In this document: piece after piece, positions 1 to 11,112 of the stretch
Layout: every line of letters begins with the position of its first letter
Numbering within the stretch: the stretch's first letter is position 1
Assembly (NCBI GenBank): GCA_003427395.1
Contig: BFEA01000017.1
Location: 1,976,342 to 2,035,109, forward strand
Origin: Chara braunii
Taxonomy: Eukaryota; Plantae; Charophyceae
Reading direction: 5' to 3'
DNA length: 58,768 nucleotides
Notes under the pieces: model-generated
Database searches by the model: none
What the model was told of the DNA's origin: nothing
The model's input: the letters and a program-made list of their open reading frames with translations, nothing else
Made by a program: the position numbers and the translations under genes

Positions 1-51
<51 letters not shown>
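1..51. repeat. (AG)n microsatellite
   Basis: Pure dinucleotide run. Other (AG)n/(CT)n/(CA)n/(TCAA)n tracts at about 655-700, 22818-22901, 24745-24870, 25103-25280, 29348-29540, 40970-41045, 54330-54436 and 58665-58768. Confidence 0.95.
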
Positions 52-55
<4 letters not shown>

Positions 56-557
56 GTAACCGTTTGAACGCCGTGAACGCGCGTTCGGGTTTAAATGTGC
101 GTTTGAACGCGGATTGCACGTTCGCGTTCAAAATTGAACGGCGTTCAATAATTTTATTATTTTTTTATTAAAAACAAAATCATTTCAGTGCCTAAAAATA
201 ATGTTTTTTTTTCTGATTTTTGTTTTATGAGTTCTGTATGATGTGAGGTACATGCCTCTCAATTTTGGAGTCATTTTGCTAAGGCAAACAAAAATGAAAA
301 ATCGCCAAAGATGGCGGTGTCAAATCGTGTTCGCTCACTAATTTAAATTCTTTTTTAACTTTTTTTTATTTTCTGTTTTCTACTTGTTTTTCCAATTTGG
401 TAACAAATTTAGATGTAATGCTCAGGCAAACGTTGCTTATTTGATTTTTCTTCATAACATATTGAACTTTGCGTTCGGTCCCGTTCATTGAACGCGCGTG
501 CATTCCGTTCAATTTCTGAACGGAAAACCTGCGTTCAATGAACGCGCGGTTTCATAG
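52..557. mobile_element. Non-autonomous DNA element (MITE) with CT(G/A)TG termini
   Basis: Ends CTGTGTAACCG ... CGGTTTCATAG form an imperfect TIR; dense subterminal GAACG/CGTTC motifs; AT-rich core; inserted in (GA)n. Confidence 0.7.
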
Positions 558-652
558 GAGAGAGAGAGAGAAAGAGAGAGAGAATTTGCGCCGAAGCCAG
601 TGTCTGACGCCGAGTTAGGTGCACCAAACTCTGCGTCAGACACTTGCTGACG

Positions 653-699
<47 letters not shown>

Positions 700-1049
700 T
701 CTCTTTTTCTTCCCCCCCTTCCCCCGTGGATGCCGCGCCCGTCTGTTTTATTTCTTCATCTGTCAGCCAGTGTTTTTTTTTTTTTTTTTTTTTTTTATGG
801 TGCCCATTTTTTGTGGGCTACCGGTCGCACCGTGGTGGGTACCCCGCCCGACGCGGCGCGTTAACGGCCGCGTCGAATTTATAAAGCAGGGCGAGGTACT
901 GGTGGTTTAATAATACCTGGTGACGGGGCATGGATAAATTGGTAACCCATCGGGGCCGGCTCAGGTGCAGGACGGGAGGGGCCAGGTACTTGTTGTGCCT
1001 TTTGCCTAGGTGCATTCCCTTCCCCAGGACGCGATGTAGCACCCTGAGA

Positions 1050-1800
1050 GTGCATGTGGTGCTGTGGGTGACGTGGACATGCCGTGCTGTCCTCTGTGTG
1101 ATAATATCATTTGCACTTCTTATACCAACTTGAATCCGGCGCCTGTTTTTCAAATTCATGTTTCTCCTTCCAAGTTTGCCTTGCCTCAGGGGCAAGATCG
1201 AATTTGATGTTCATCAGGCGGGGAAAGTGACTATCCTTCTGGGGTGGATGCGTCCTTTGGATTTTTGCCATGGAATTTTCCACTGCCCAGAGGAGGTGGA
1301 ACATAGCCCGAGGGGAAACCCTTGTAACCATCACCCAAAATTTGCCAGCGGCCTCCTGTGCACGTAACTCGTCCAATTCTTTCTTTGTAGCCCGGCGGCG
1401 GAACTGGACCTGGTACCGAATGTCGGGACTCCCCTTAGTGTGTGGGTCTTTAAGCACGATTGTGTCCAAACTTTTTTGGACCATGAAGTCAGCGATTCTT
1501 TCGTCGTTGTCACACATGAAAACACACTAGAACCCTCAGATTTAACTCTCCCCCTTTTCAAAGACGGAATAACAGGGGGATTAGCGAACCATCCATCCTC
1601 ATGTATATGGATGAGCATTTCCTTTATTTTGTTCGGCAAGTCTCTAGCGTCCCCTTGGAAAATAACAACCACGGTTCTTTCCTTTAACCATTTTACCACC
1701 ACATCATCCAATTTTGAGTTGAGCGTGATCGTTGTCGTCCGCCCTTCCATCACACACGTCCCGTGATTCAACCCCTCTGGTAAGATCCCGTCCATTTTTG
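1050..1800 (-). pseudogene. LINE ORF1 (Gag-like) remnant
   Basis: Frameshift-linked ORFs 1331-1795 and 1107-1517; reading through the stop gives W-Y-K-K-C-K-*-Y-Y-H-T-E-D-S-T-A-C-P, a decayed CCHC knuckle like the one at 5135-5182. Confidence 0.6.
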
Positions 1801-2011
1801 AACCATCTCTCTGATCCTATCCGCATCCGAACTGGATGGGGGATCCATTTGAGATTTCTTTGAGGTCGTATAATACTTGGGACTGTGGTTCTACTCGACT
1901 TCCAGATCCAACCACTTCACGGCCAAAGCTTTGTTGGCTTTTTTTTTTTTTTTTGTGATTCTGACAGTGGTGCTCCCCGTGTTCCTCGTTCTGCTGAAGT
2001 GCCCTCACTGA

Positions 2012-2464
2012 GGGCCTCGCCACACCACTCTTGAGAAAGAGTTTTCAAGAGTTGTGGTGCCGCCACACCGCCTCTTGAGAGGTTGGATCGGAAAAAAACT
2101 TCAAGCGCTGTCAGAACGAGGGTTCAAGAGTCCCGCTTGAGAAACCCGAAATCCCTGCAACAGTGGATATGTCAAGCGTCCTCGGCCCGGTGGTCGACGG
2201 ACGCTTGATTCTCAAGAGTTGTCAGGTCTTCAATTCTGACAGCCATCAGTGGTTTCGGTCTCCACTTTCAAGAGTCAACTCTTTTGATTTCGGCCACCGG
2301 GTGCGTCCCAGGCCGCCGGTTAGCAATTCTCAAGAGTCGGCCTCCTCGCCACACACAACTCTTGAAAGTCCTCCAGCGGTCGGGGCCTTTTCTCAAGAGT
2401 CCGTTTGTCAAGAGGTCTGTGTGGCAAAGAGCCCGAAACTCTTGAAACGCGGACTCTTTTGTGG
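2012..2464. mobile_element. Harbinger-type MITE remnant
   Basis: Starts TGA|GGGCCTCGCCACACCACTC, the same terminus as at 10866; filled with inverted CTCTTGA/TCAAGAG motifs; right end degenerate. Confidence 0.55.
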
Positions 2465-2469
2465 AAAAT

Positions 2470-2832
2470 ATGTTCAAACTGGGTAGGCGGAGCGTCTTAT
2501 GGACTATATGGTGGAAGCAATGTATCCTGGAGATAGAGGGGGCGCAGTTAGAGGATGGAGAAGTGATGGAGCAAGTACGAACACTGGTTCAATATGAAAT
2601 CGCAACCCAATGGAAAGCAGCGAAAGACAAGCTCGATCGTTCATATACCTGGGGGGACATGAACAAGATTATCTCCTGTTTCAGCAAAGACTGGTTGAGC
2701 GGGAATAGAGAAGGCTGGGTGGCAGAGATAAAGTGGTCCGTATTCAACCAGAGTAAAGAATCCCGGGAGGAAATGGCAAGGGACTACCAGCTGATTTTTC
2801 ATGATTGGACTAAAGTGGACCTGGGCATCCCT
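2470..2832 (+). pseudogene. LINE ORF2 C-terminal fragment
   Basis: Translation (RRSVLWTIW...QWKAAKDKL...FSKDWLSG...YQLIFHDWTKVDLGIPF) aligns by eye with the ORF2 end at 9785-10130 (RRAILWAIW...QWDKQKDKL...FSSDWLGG...YKLLFNNWSEIDPSIPF). Confidence 0.8.
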
Positions 2833-3360
2833 TTTTTTTTTTTTTTTTGAAAAGGCCCTTGCGCAAGGCCTCTACCCTGGTGATGGTAAGAGAACCACCG
2901 GGATTGAGGCTTTGCCTGGCGGGCCGGTCCATCTATTGGTGGGGAGCATCACCTGCTGGAAACCGGGTCCAGCGTCCCTTAAATAACACCTTGACATACA
3001 GTACATCATTTGAAGCGACGCCATTGCTGGAAACCGGGTCCAGCGTCCCATAACAGTAAATTCAGCTAACCTTCCCTGCAGCCGGGGCGGGTAATGGAGG
3101 GAGGCACTGGGGGGCACCAGTGTGATCTCCCTTCCATCCCTAGCCCCTGCCAATCGTCTAGCCTCCGGGCGTCTGTTGTATCCAAAACAACGTATCTAGC
3201 TGCTGAACCTCTACTAAAGGTAGGGGAAAAATAGCAGAAAGCAGAAAAAAAGCAGAAGACAGAAAACAAGAGATAATCCTACTGTTGTATCCAGAGCAAT
3301 GTATCTGTCTGCTGAACCTCTACTGAAGGCAGAAGAACCAGAGCTGATCCTGATGACCCT
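2832..3360 (-). mobile_element. Short non-autonomous LINE derivative (5'UTR fused to 3' tail)
   Basis: Poly(T) at 2832-2848 is a minus-strand poly(A) tail; 2850-2981 is the reverse complement of the 3' module seen at 10489-10612; 3025-3137 is the reverse complement of LINE 5'UTR sequence at 3804-3929. Confidence 0.7.
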
Positions 3361-3606
3361 TTTTTGGCCCCATGTGCAAGCCTCCATCCCGGTGGTGGTA
3401 AGAGAACCACCAAGATTGAGGCTTTGCCTAGCGGGCAGCATCACCTTCTCGAAACCGGGTCCAGCGTCCGGGGTCCCACTACGGCCAGCCCAGGACTTCG
3501 CAGTCCCCTTCCCCCCCCACCCGTTGTCCTTGGTGGAAGCACTACCAGCGGGATAAGCCGGGACGCCAGCAGGAGCAACTTCTGTTTCTCAGCCAACATA
3601 CTATCT
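3360..3606 (-). mobile_element. Second LINE 3'-tail fragment
   Basis: 3368-3470 repeats 2868-2978 with an internal deletion; short poly(T) at 3360-3365. Confidence 0.6.
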
Positions 3607-4085
3607 TAAGGGACGCTGGGCCCGCTTTCCAGCAGATACATTCCTAATACTCTCCTCCTGCATTTTCCTGCAATTTTCCGCATTCTTCTGTTGTCTTCTA
3701 CATTCTTCGGTATTGTCATTCTGTATTTTCCATTGCTGGATTTTCAGCCTGCATGGTCATTCTGCATTTTCCGTTCTTGTATTTTCAGTCTGCATTCTCA
3801 TTCCATGGAGGGAGAATTCACTGGTGCCCCCCAGTGCCCCCCTCCAATCCTTGGCCCAGCTGCAGGATAGGCAAGGTAGTGATCGTTTTGATGGGTTTTG
3901 ATATGGAACGCTGGACCCGGTTTCCAGCACAAGGGTGGCACCTTCCATCGAGCCAAAAGGTCAGGATCAGCAGATGGGCGTCTCCCTGTGAAGTGATGGG
4001 GATGTTTGCACAGCTAATCCCCTCTCAGCGACACAATCACTCCACTCAAACACAAAGTCCAACCATTCAACAAACACAACACTCC

Positions 4086-5722
4086 ATGGTAAAGGAACAG
4101 ACAAACCAGCCAATGGAAAGGATCAAACAAGGAATCCCATCCCCACCACACTCCCCACAGACAACAATGGAAAAACAGAGTGAAGAAGAGGACTGCATCA
4201 TGCAAGAAGGAGAAGAAATCCTAACGGAAGAGGAACGAAGATGGGAAGAGAGCCTCTTGGCTCATAATCAACCCAACTCCCAATCCCAGGCTCTAACTCA
4301 CATCGCAGATAAGGGGAATGAATCACCAGCGCCAACATGGGCCCAAAGAGTGAGAGTGGCACTTCAAGAAAATCTCTGAATGTGCCAAGACCTGCAGTGG
4401 ATCCCAATGGTGAGCCAGCGGAAGAGCTAAAGATTCCCCTCATAAATCTCTTTTCTGCTAGAGCCTACTTTTTAACTTTATTTCTTCTTCCTTCAGAAAA
4501 AAAAGTAATTGATCAAGGAGGTAGGAAAATGGTGATGAAATCCTACCCCACGGATAAACTGGTGCAGCGAGATGCAGTATACACTAAGCATGCGAGTAAC
4601 TGGATATTCTTCAACGACGGTGCTTACAGATCAACGAACGACAAGATCAAATGGATATGTAAGAGACTTGAAATAATGAAAGGAAGTACGGATGCGGTCT
4701 CTGAATTCTTCTTGATCCAACCGGTATCACCCACCATCTACACGGTTCTGTGTCTGTTAAAAAACGACAAGAAGACGATGGATGGCTAGAAGAAACTCAC
4801 ATTGGGCGATTCCCAAGTTAGGATCTACCCCTGGCTGCCGAAAAAGATTGGACCGGAAGAGAGGAGGGAACAACTCATGAGAGACCACTACTGGGTGGAA
4901 CTTAGGCACATTCCGATTGAAGTGCAGGCAGCTTTCGTTCACGATTTTGGGCAACAGTACAAGGTGGTAGACTTCATAGATCCCCTCCCTTCTCATGTGG
5001 CAAAGAGGGATGACTATCTCATGTTGGCACTGGAACTGCAGAAGGACCAACTATTTTCGATGGACGATATCATACCTTACAAATCGGGGGGTAGGATCTA
5101 TCAAATACACACAACACACAAATTCAGACCCTGGTGTTTCAAATGCAAAGCATATGGCCACCAGAGTTCTGAGTTTGCATGCCCCCAACACCCCCAACAT
5201 GCTGTACCTCTGGAACAGAAACTTAAAAGAGATCCCAAACGTCCACACCGTTGGATTCGTACAGTTCCGGGTTATGAGGGATGGACCTACAGCGATAAAA
5301 TGATCCCCAAGGGGACGCCAATTGGTTGGTATTGGGAAGGAGGAGGCGATCAACGTAAGACCCTGTGACCTCCGCAGGATTGGATCCCCCCGCACCACAA
5401 CCAGCAGCAAGCACAACAGTCTCACCACAACAAACAAAAAGAACAGGTTAGTAAGAGTAACCAGAATTCACATACTCAGAATCTCCAGAATAGTTCAGAT
5501 AAGACAGTAAGTTTGGAAGGGCTCACACAGCAGACAAGTGTGTTGGGCGACTCACACTCAGGGTTGTCCAATATCAAACAAGAATCAGGACATTTGGTAG
5601 AAGAGATCTCCGGGCCTTACAATTCAACTTACAAGGGACCAGGCCCCTCTCCTCACGCATATTTACTCAAGAAAAATCAGCAACCTAATTTGGAATGGAA
5701 AGAAGTAAAAAAAAAAAATTAA
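4086..5722 (+). pseudogene. LINE ORF1 (Gag-like nucleic acid binding protein)
   Basis: Fragmented ORFs 3753-4379, 4337-4789, 4802-5368; WVELRHIP motif and knuckle CFKCKAYGHQSSEFAC; boundaries approximate. Confidence 0.8.
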
Positions 5723-6669
5723 TTATAAAAATAATAAATCAGTAGATTCAGAGAATCAGGGGAACCAGACCCAACAACAGGGAACCCAGTTTTTGTCATC
5801 TCAACCATCAGGCCAGACCTCCCAACAGGACCAGCAGGTAAGTCTGCAGCCCAACTCCACGACTGCTGTCACGCCTCTCATACAGATTGATTCCATGAAA
5901 ATGGATCAGCAGGTAGTTCTACAACCCAACTCAGCGACTGCTGTTACTTCCTTGGAACAGATGGATTCAATGGAAGTGGACATTCTCAAGGACGTGTTTG
6001 CAGAAGATTGGGAGGAGGTGGAAGCAGCACCGGTAGCTGACTCCCCTTTTGAAGTAATGGGAATGAAAATCGACACTCTGAACACACTAGGAGATCTGCA
6101 GATCAGTTTAAGAAAAATGTTGATGTGGATTGTGGCAAACCTCAAATTTAAGTACAAAATAAAACCTGAAATAAAGTGGATAGAAATTGAGGAGAGCCTC
6201 TCTCAAATGTTGTGCGGGAGCAACAGTCTCAAGATGGCACTCCAATATGGTCTCACTCCGGAGTTAGATTGGAATGACATGTGCAACAGACTTCTGCACA
6301 TTGATAACCAAAGGTTGAGAACACAACTCACCTCGTCTATACCTCAAAGCTCTACAGATCTTTCTGTCCTACCAAAGAATATGCAAATATCACATGGGTT
6401 GAGAACAAATGGATCTAGAAGAATCAAGGAACTGGCTAGAAAAAAGAACACTCCTAACGGTACACAACAGCTGCGAAAATTTGAGTATGGATAGAGACGG
6501 AAGACTTTCAAAAAATCGCACAACTATGCAAAGTTACTGCGAAGACTTCCCCTCACACCCAAGTCTGGAAAACAAGGTATCAGATCCAAAGTACCAAAAA
6601 GGCAAAAGAGATTAGCTAACAAATGAATATTCCAAAGCCCTGGCTAACCTACGACATTAATAGGAAATA

Positions 6670-9600
6670 GAATTACATAAACAAATTCATAATCTACAAG
6701 AAAAGGAAACTAATTCATTATCCTTAGATGAGCTAGAGTCCCTGGCTGATGAGATCAGAGACTTGGATGATCAACTTTTCAAGTTCAAAGAATATAGATG
6801 GCAAGGTGCAAGGATGAGAGGGAAACTTAACATACATCAGATGGAAGGATCCATGGACGCGAGATTCTTCTTTATGGCCAGAGCAAGAACGGGCAGAACT
6901 ACAATTGAAGCATTGGCAGATCCTTTTAATTCAAATGTACCGCTAGTTACATCCACAACAGCCAGCACAAAGATTGCCAGAGATTTCTATAAAGATTTGT
7001 TCACTTCCCACAATGTTACCATCTCCAAACTCCACCGTTCTATAGAAATAGAAGAAATTATTCTCCCGCTGAAAAAGTCCATCACAGAATCCCAAAAAGA
7101 AAAATTAGAAATGCCTCTATCCAAGGAAGAAATTTGGAAGGCTTTAATTTTGATGGAGGAAGAAAAAACACCAGGAATAGACGGTCTCCCAAAGGAATTT
7201 TGGGAGTCTTTGTGGAATCACCTTTCTAAGATCTTATGGATTTTTATCATGAAGCTTGGATAACTGGGGACATGGGTGAGATAGTGAACCAAAGAATCCT
7301 AACTCTATTATATAAAAAAAGAGATAAATCTAATATTAGAAATTACAGACCCATCACCTTACTAACGGTCGTATATAAGATGGTAGCCAAAACACTAGCA
7401 GATAGGATTAAAAATGTCATAACAGACATTATTCACCCGGCACAAACAGGCTTTATTACAAGACGCAATATCCAAGATAATATCCTGCTAATAAATGAAC
7501 TCTTAAAAATCACACGCCAATCCAAACACAATGCTGCTTTTATATTCATTGATTTTAAAAAATCATATGACCATGTAGAATGACATTTTCTAGACAAATG
7601 CCTAGAAAAAATGAATTTTGGCCCCAATTTCAGAAGATGGATAGAAATCCTACACCAAAAAACAACCACAAGAATAACCATAAATGGCAATATCGCCCCC
7701 CCATTTAACTTACAGAGATCAGTCAGACAAGGAGACCCTCTGACTCCCTATTTATTCATCATAATTATGGAAGCCCTAGCAGCCAACCTCAGCACACACA
7801 AAGACATAAGGAGAATATAGATCTCATCTATCCCAGAAGAAGCAATCCATATCTGCTCCCTGTTTGCGGATGACCTCATTGATGGTAGATGCAACTATAG
7901 AGAATTTGGAAGCAATCAAAGCCTTACTAGACAAATTTAGCAAATTATCTGATATGAAAGTCAACTAGGGAGAAAAAACCTTGCGGTGGTGGATTCACCA
8001 TCAAGGGGTCAGACCACCAGAAACACCTCGTATTAAATGGATCCTAAGGAAAGGTCAATTAGAATCCTGGAAATTTTTTTATCAGCAGAAGGGAAACCAA
8101 TGACAAATGATAGAACCACTATGCAAAGTGCTCACGCCAAATTGGAATTATGGAAAAATAAACCCACGTCTATCATAGGTCGATCTTTAGTAATCAATAA
8201 CGTAATCCTGACATCAACCTGGTACAAATCCTCAATATGGGCATTAGACGAACCATCAACTAAATCCTTCCAACAACTGCTTAGAGCCTTCCTATGGAGA
8301 GGTAACCACGATCTCAAAAATGTAATTAGCAGAGTAGCCTGGATATCCATCATACAACCCAAGTCAAAAGGGGGACTGGGAATCATTGATCCGTCTACTC
8401 AGACTATGACACTATCCATGCAATGGGTTAAAAGGCTCCTTTTCAATCCACAGACTCCATGGACTGCTTCAGCATGAGAGCAAATTAGAAGACTAGCACC
8501 CATCACTGAAAGAGAAGTTGATCCAACATTATGGTTAGAAAACAGGGCATGGACGATTCCAATGACCACACAAAGGAATTATACCGCTCATGATTTTACA
8601 GATAAGGAGGAGGCAAGACGGGACATAAGTAAAGATCCATTCTGAATAAACATTCTCAAAATCTAGAAAAAAATTCCCTTGCCTGATAAGCAACACCTCA
8701 ATAGGTGGGAAGAGATTGTGAGACAGCCACTCTTTAACAATGAGAGAATCAGGGACTCCCAAAGTTATACTCTACATTGCATGGAGAGCCCTTGGAAGGG
8801 TTGGATGGATAAAAAAAGGAATAATCAGAATCAAAGATATTTGAGATGAAACAACTAGAGATTGGATTCTCCCTGAATCCCTGCACAATAAACTTAAATA
8901 TTGTCACCACGTGAGTGAAAGTCTAGACAGGATTATAGACTTAATTCCTCTACATTGGATTCAGATCCTTAAAAAAGGAAAGTCATAGCAAAAAAGCGAT
9001 TGGGTGGGAATAAAGAATCATCCCCAGCTAGTCGGAAACATCCTTATCCCTCCCACCCAGGATTCATCAGCACTCACATGTTTATACCTCCTAAAGGAGG
9101 ACAATTCAGTAATTCAACTCCCTGAAAATAAGACTGAATGGATTCCAAAAAACCAAATGTTTAAAATTAGAGTACTCCAAAAAGATTCATCATCTTGGCT
9201 AGCATTTAGACTAGAGGTCGACATAGCGGATCTTCCTATAGACCCAGCAGGCTGGACATGGAGGACAAACAACAAAAAAGGGAGAAACTTCACTCGTTCC
9301 CTACATTCCCTATCAGTCAAATCAACCTATCGGATGCTCAGACCTGCAATCAACCTCAAAGACAAAGTAGTAAGAAGATGGATTAATCAACTAAATGTAA
9401 GTAAGGAAGACCTGAGGCTAGTTCGCTGGTTCAAAGAAATAAAATCAAAGCCACCTAAGATTGTCTCGCTGCAGTGGCAAATAGAACACCGTTGCCTCCC
9501 CACAAATGATTGGTTGATAAGGAGGTCCTCTCTGGAGAAGAAAGGGTTGGCAGAACCTTGGTGTAAGCTTTGTAACTCAGCCTTCCCCAGTAGAAAGATC

Positions 9601-10218
9601 CTGGAAACTATAGAACACATCTTTCAGGCATGCCCAGGTTCCATCTCGCTATGGAGATGGTGGGACCGCATATGGGGTCAGCTGGAAACATTCCAACCTT
9701 GGCCGTGGGGTTGAAAAGTAATCCTGCTAGATGTCTGGTCTCTGGAACAAACGGACAATTTTACTCAGAACCTATTTACAATTAGTAGAAGAGCAATCCT
9801 CTGGGCAATTTGGCAAAGAAGATGCAACTCTGAATGGGATAAAGTTAGACTTGATGGCCCATAATTCACTGACAACATCAAACAACAAGTGCAGAGCGAT
9901 ATCCATGTGCAATGGGATAAACAAAAAGACAAATTACAACACAACTCTTTAAAAACAGACATCCTCAAAGCAATCAAATCCTTCAGCAGTGACTGGCTCG
10001 GGGGAGAAAAAAGGGGAAAGATTGGAAGGATTATATGGAAAGGAGGGATAGGAGACGATGGGCAAAAAGTAAACAGAAACTATAAACTGTTGTTCAACAA
10101 TTGGTCTGAAATAGATCCCTCCATTCCTTTTCGTCCCATGCTAGACTTCCCAAACCCCTTCCCTCCATCCCCTAACGCTGTTGTCCCTTTGTCTTGGCAT
10201 GATCTGGATCTCCCATGA
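6670..10218 (+). pseudogene. LINE ORF2 reverse transcriptase plus C-terminal zinc-binding domain
   Basis: KTPGIDGLPKEFW, NYRPITLL, QTGFI, FIDFKKSYD, SVRQGDPLTPYLF, LFADDL (about 7860-7877), KSKGGLGI, WCKLC...ETIEHIFQAC; many stops and frameshifts. Confidence 0.93.
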
Positions 10219-10865
10219 AAGTTCAGTTTTTTGAAATCTTGCTTTAGTAAGAGTTAGGCACTATACCGAGCTAGGAGTCAAAGTTCTTTTTATCTGACGC
10301 CCTGCCATGGGTGAAGAAGCTCAGTTGATCACAATTAGATCTGTTCATAATGAAATTGGTTAGTTGTAGGAATAACAGGGAGCCAGTGCGTTGAAGCAAG
10401 GAATCTGTCGCTGAAAATAAGGTGAAGAGGCTCCCCTCCTACGGTCCTTTCTGATGTGTGCTGATGAAATGTGAAAGTATCATATTTATAAGGGACGCTG
10501 GACCCGCTTTCCAGCAGGTGAAGCTCCCCACCAATAGATGGGGTCGGTCCCCTGGTGCTAGCGGTGTCTGCTCTTATCAGCATCGCTAATACTGACGGGA
10601 TCTGTTTTCTTAAAAAAAAAAAAAAAAAACTCGTTTTTGTGACTCTACTGAAATACTACCCCTTAAAATTTTCAAAAGTTCTCAATAGAGCTATCCAGGT
10701 CTCCTACAAAGACGGTGAATGGCACTCAGTCTGGGGTTGGGATGGAGTGGCACTGGGGTTGGGATGGACAAATCCTTGGGCATTGCTCCATTACTCTCCA
10801 CATGCACGAAACACAAGAAATATGACATTATATCTTCCCAGGTTCTAGGGAAGGATTCAGTCTCA

Positions 10866-11016
10866 GGGCCTCGCCACACCACTCTCGAAATGTGAAAAAG
10901 AAGAAAACGTGGTGGGTGCATCTGGCCATCTTCTACCGGGATGTTCGTTCTCATTTTGCACTGTACGGCCATGCCCCCAGTTTGCAAATTTGGAGAGTAC
11001 TAGTGGAGCCAGGCCC
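10866..11016. mobile_element. Harbinger-type MITE
   Basis: GGGCCTCGCCACACCACTCTCGAAATGTG ... GGAGAGTACTAGTGGAGCCAGGCCC imperfect TIR; related copies at about 13690-13808 and 14381-14592. Confidence 0.6.
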
Positions 11017-11039
11017 GCTGTCTATTTTTTATATATATA

Positions 11040-11112
11040 TTTTTTTCGAAATTGCTCCAATCTATTTGTGGGGAGCAGCACGTGCTGGGAACCGGGCCTA
11101 GCTTCCCTTATA
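11040..11112 (-). mobile_element. Decayed copy of the LINE 3' module
   Basis: Reverse complement reads TAAGGGAAGCTAGGCCCGGTTCCCAGCACGTGCTGCTCCCCACAAATAGAT followed by an A tract. Confidence 0.65.

Larger units (their letters stand above)
3607..10629 (+). mobile_element. L1/Tx1-like non-LTR retrotransposon, degenerate
   Basis: 5'UTR, ORF1 with CCHC knuckle, RT and zf-RVT-like domain, structured 3' tail, poly(A) at 10612-10629. Confidence 0.9.

Noticed and set aside
3800-3885. HDV-like ribozyme in the LINE 5'UTR
   Set aside because: A hairpin is present, but P1.1, the L3 length and a conserved P2 could not be fitted in both copies.
10460-10480. CTGATGA...GAAA as a minimal hammerhead
   Set aside because: No convincing stems I and III around it; the same applies to CTGATGA near 3351, 11633, 33193 and 39411.
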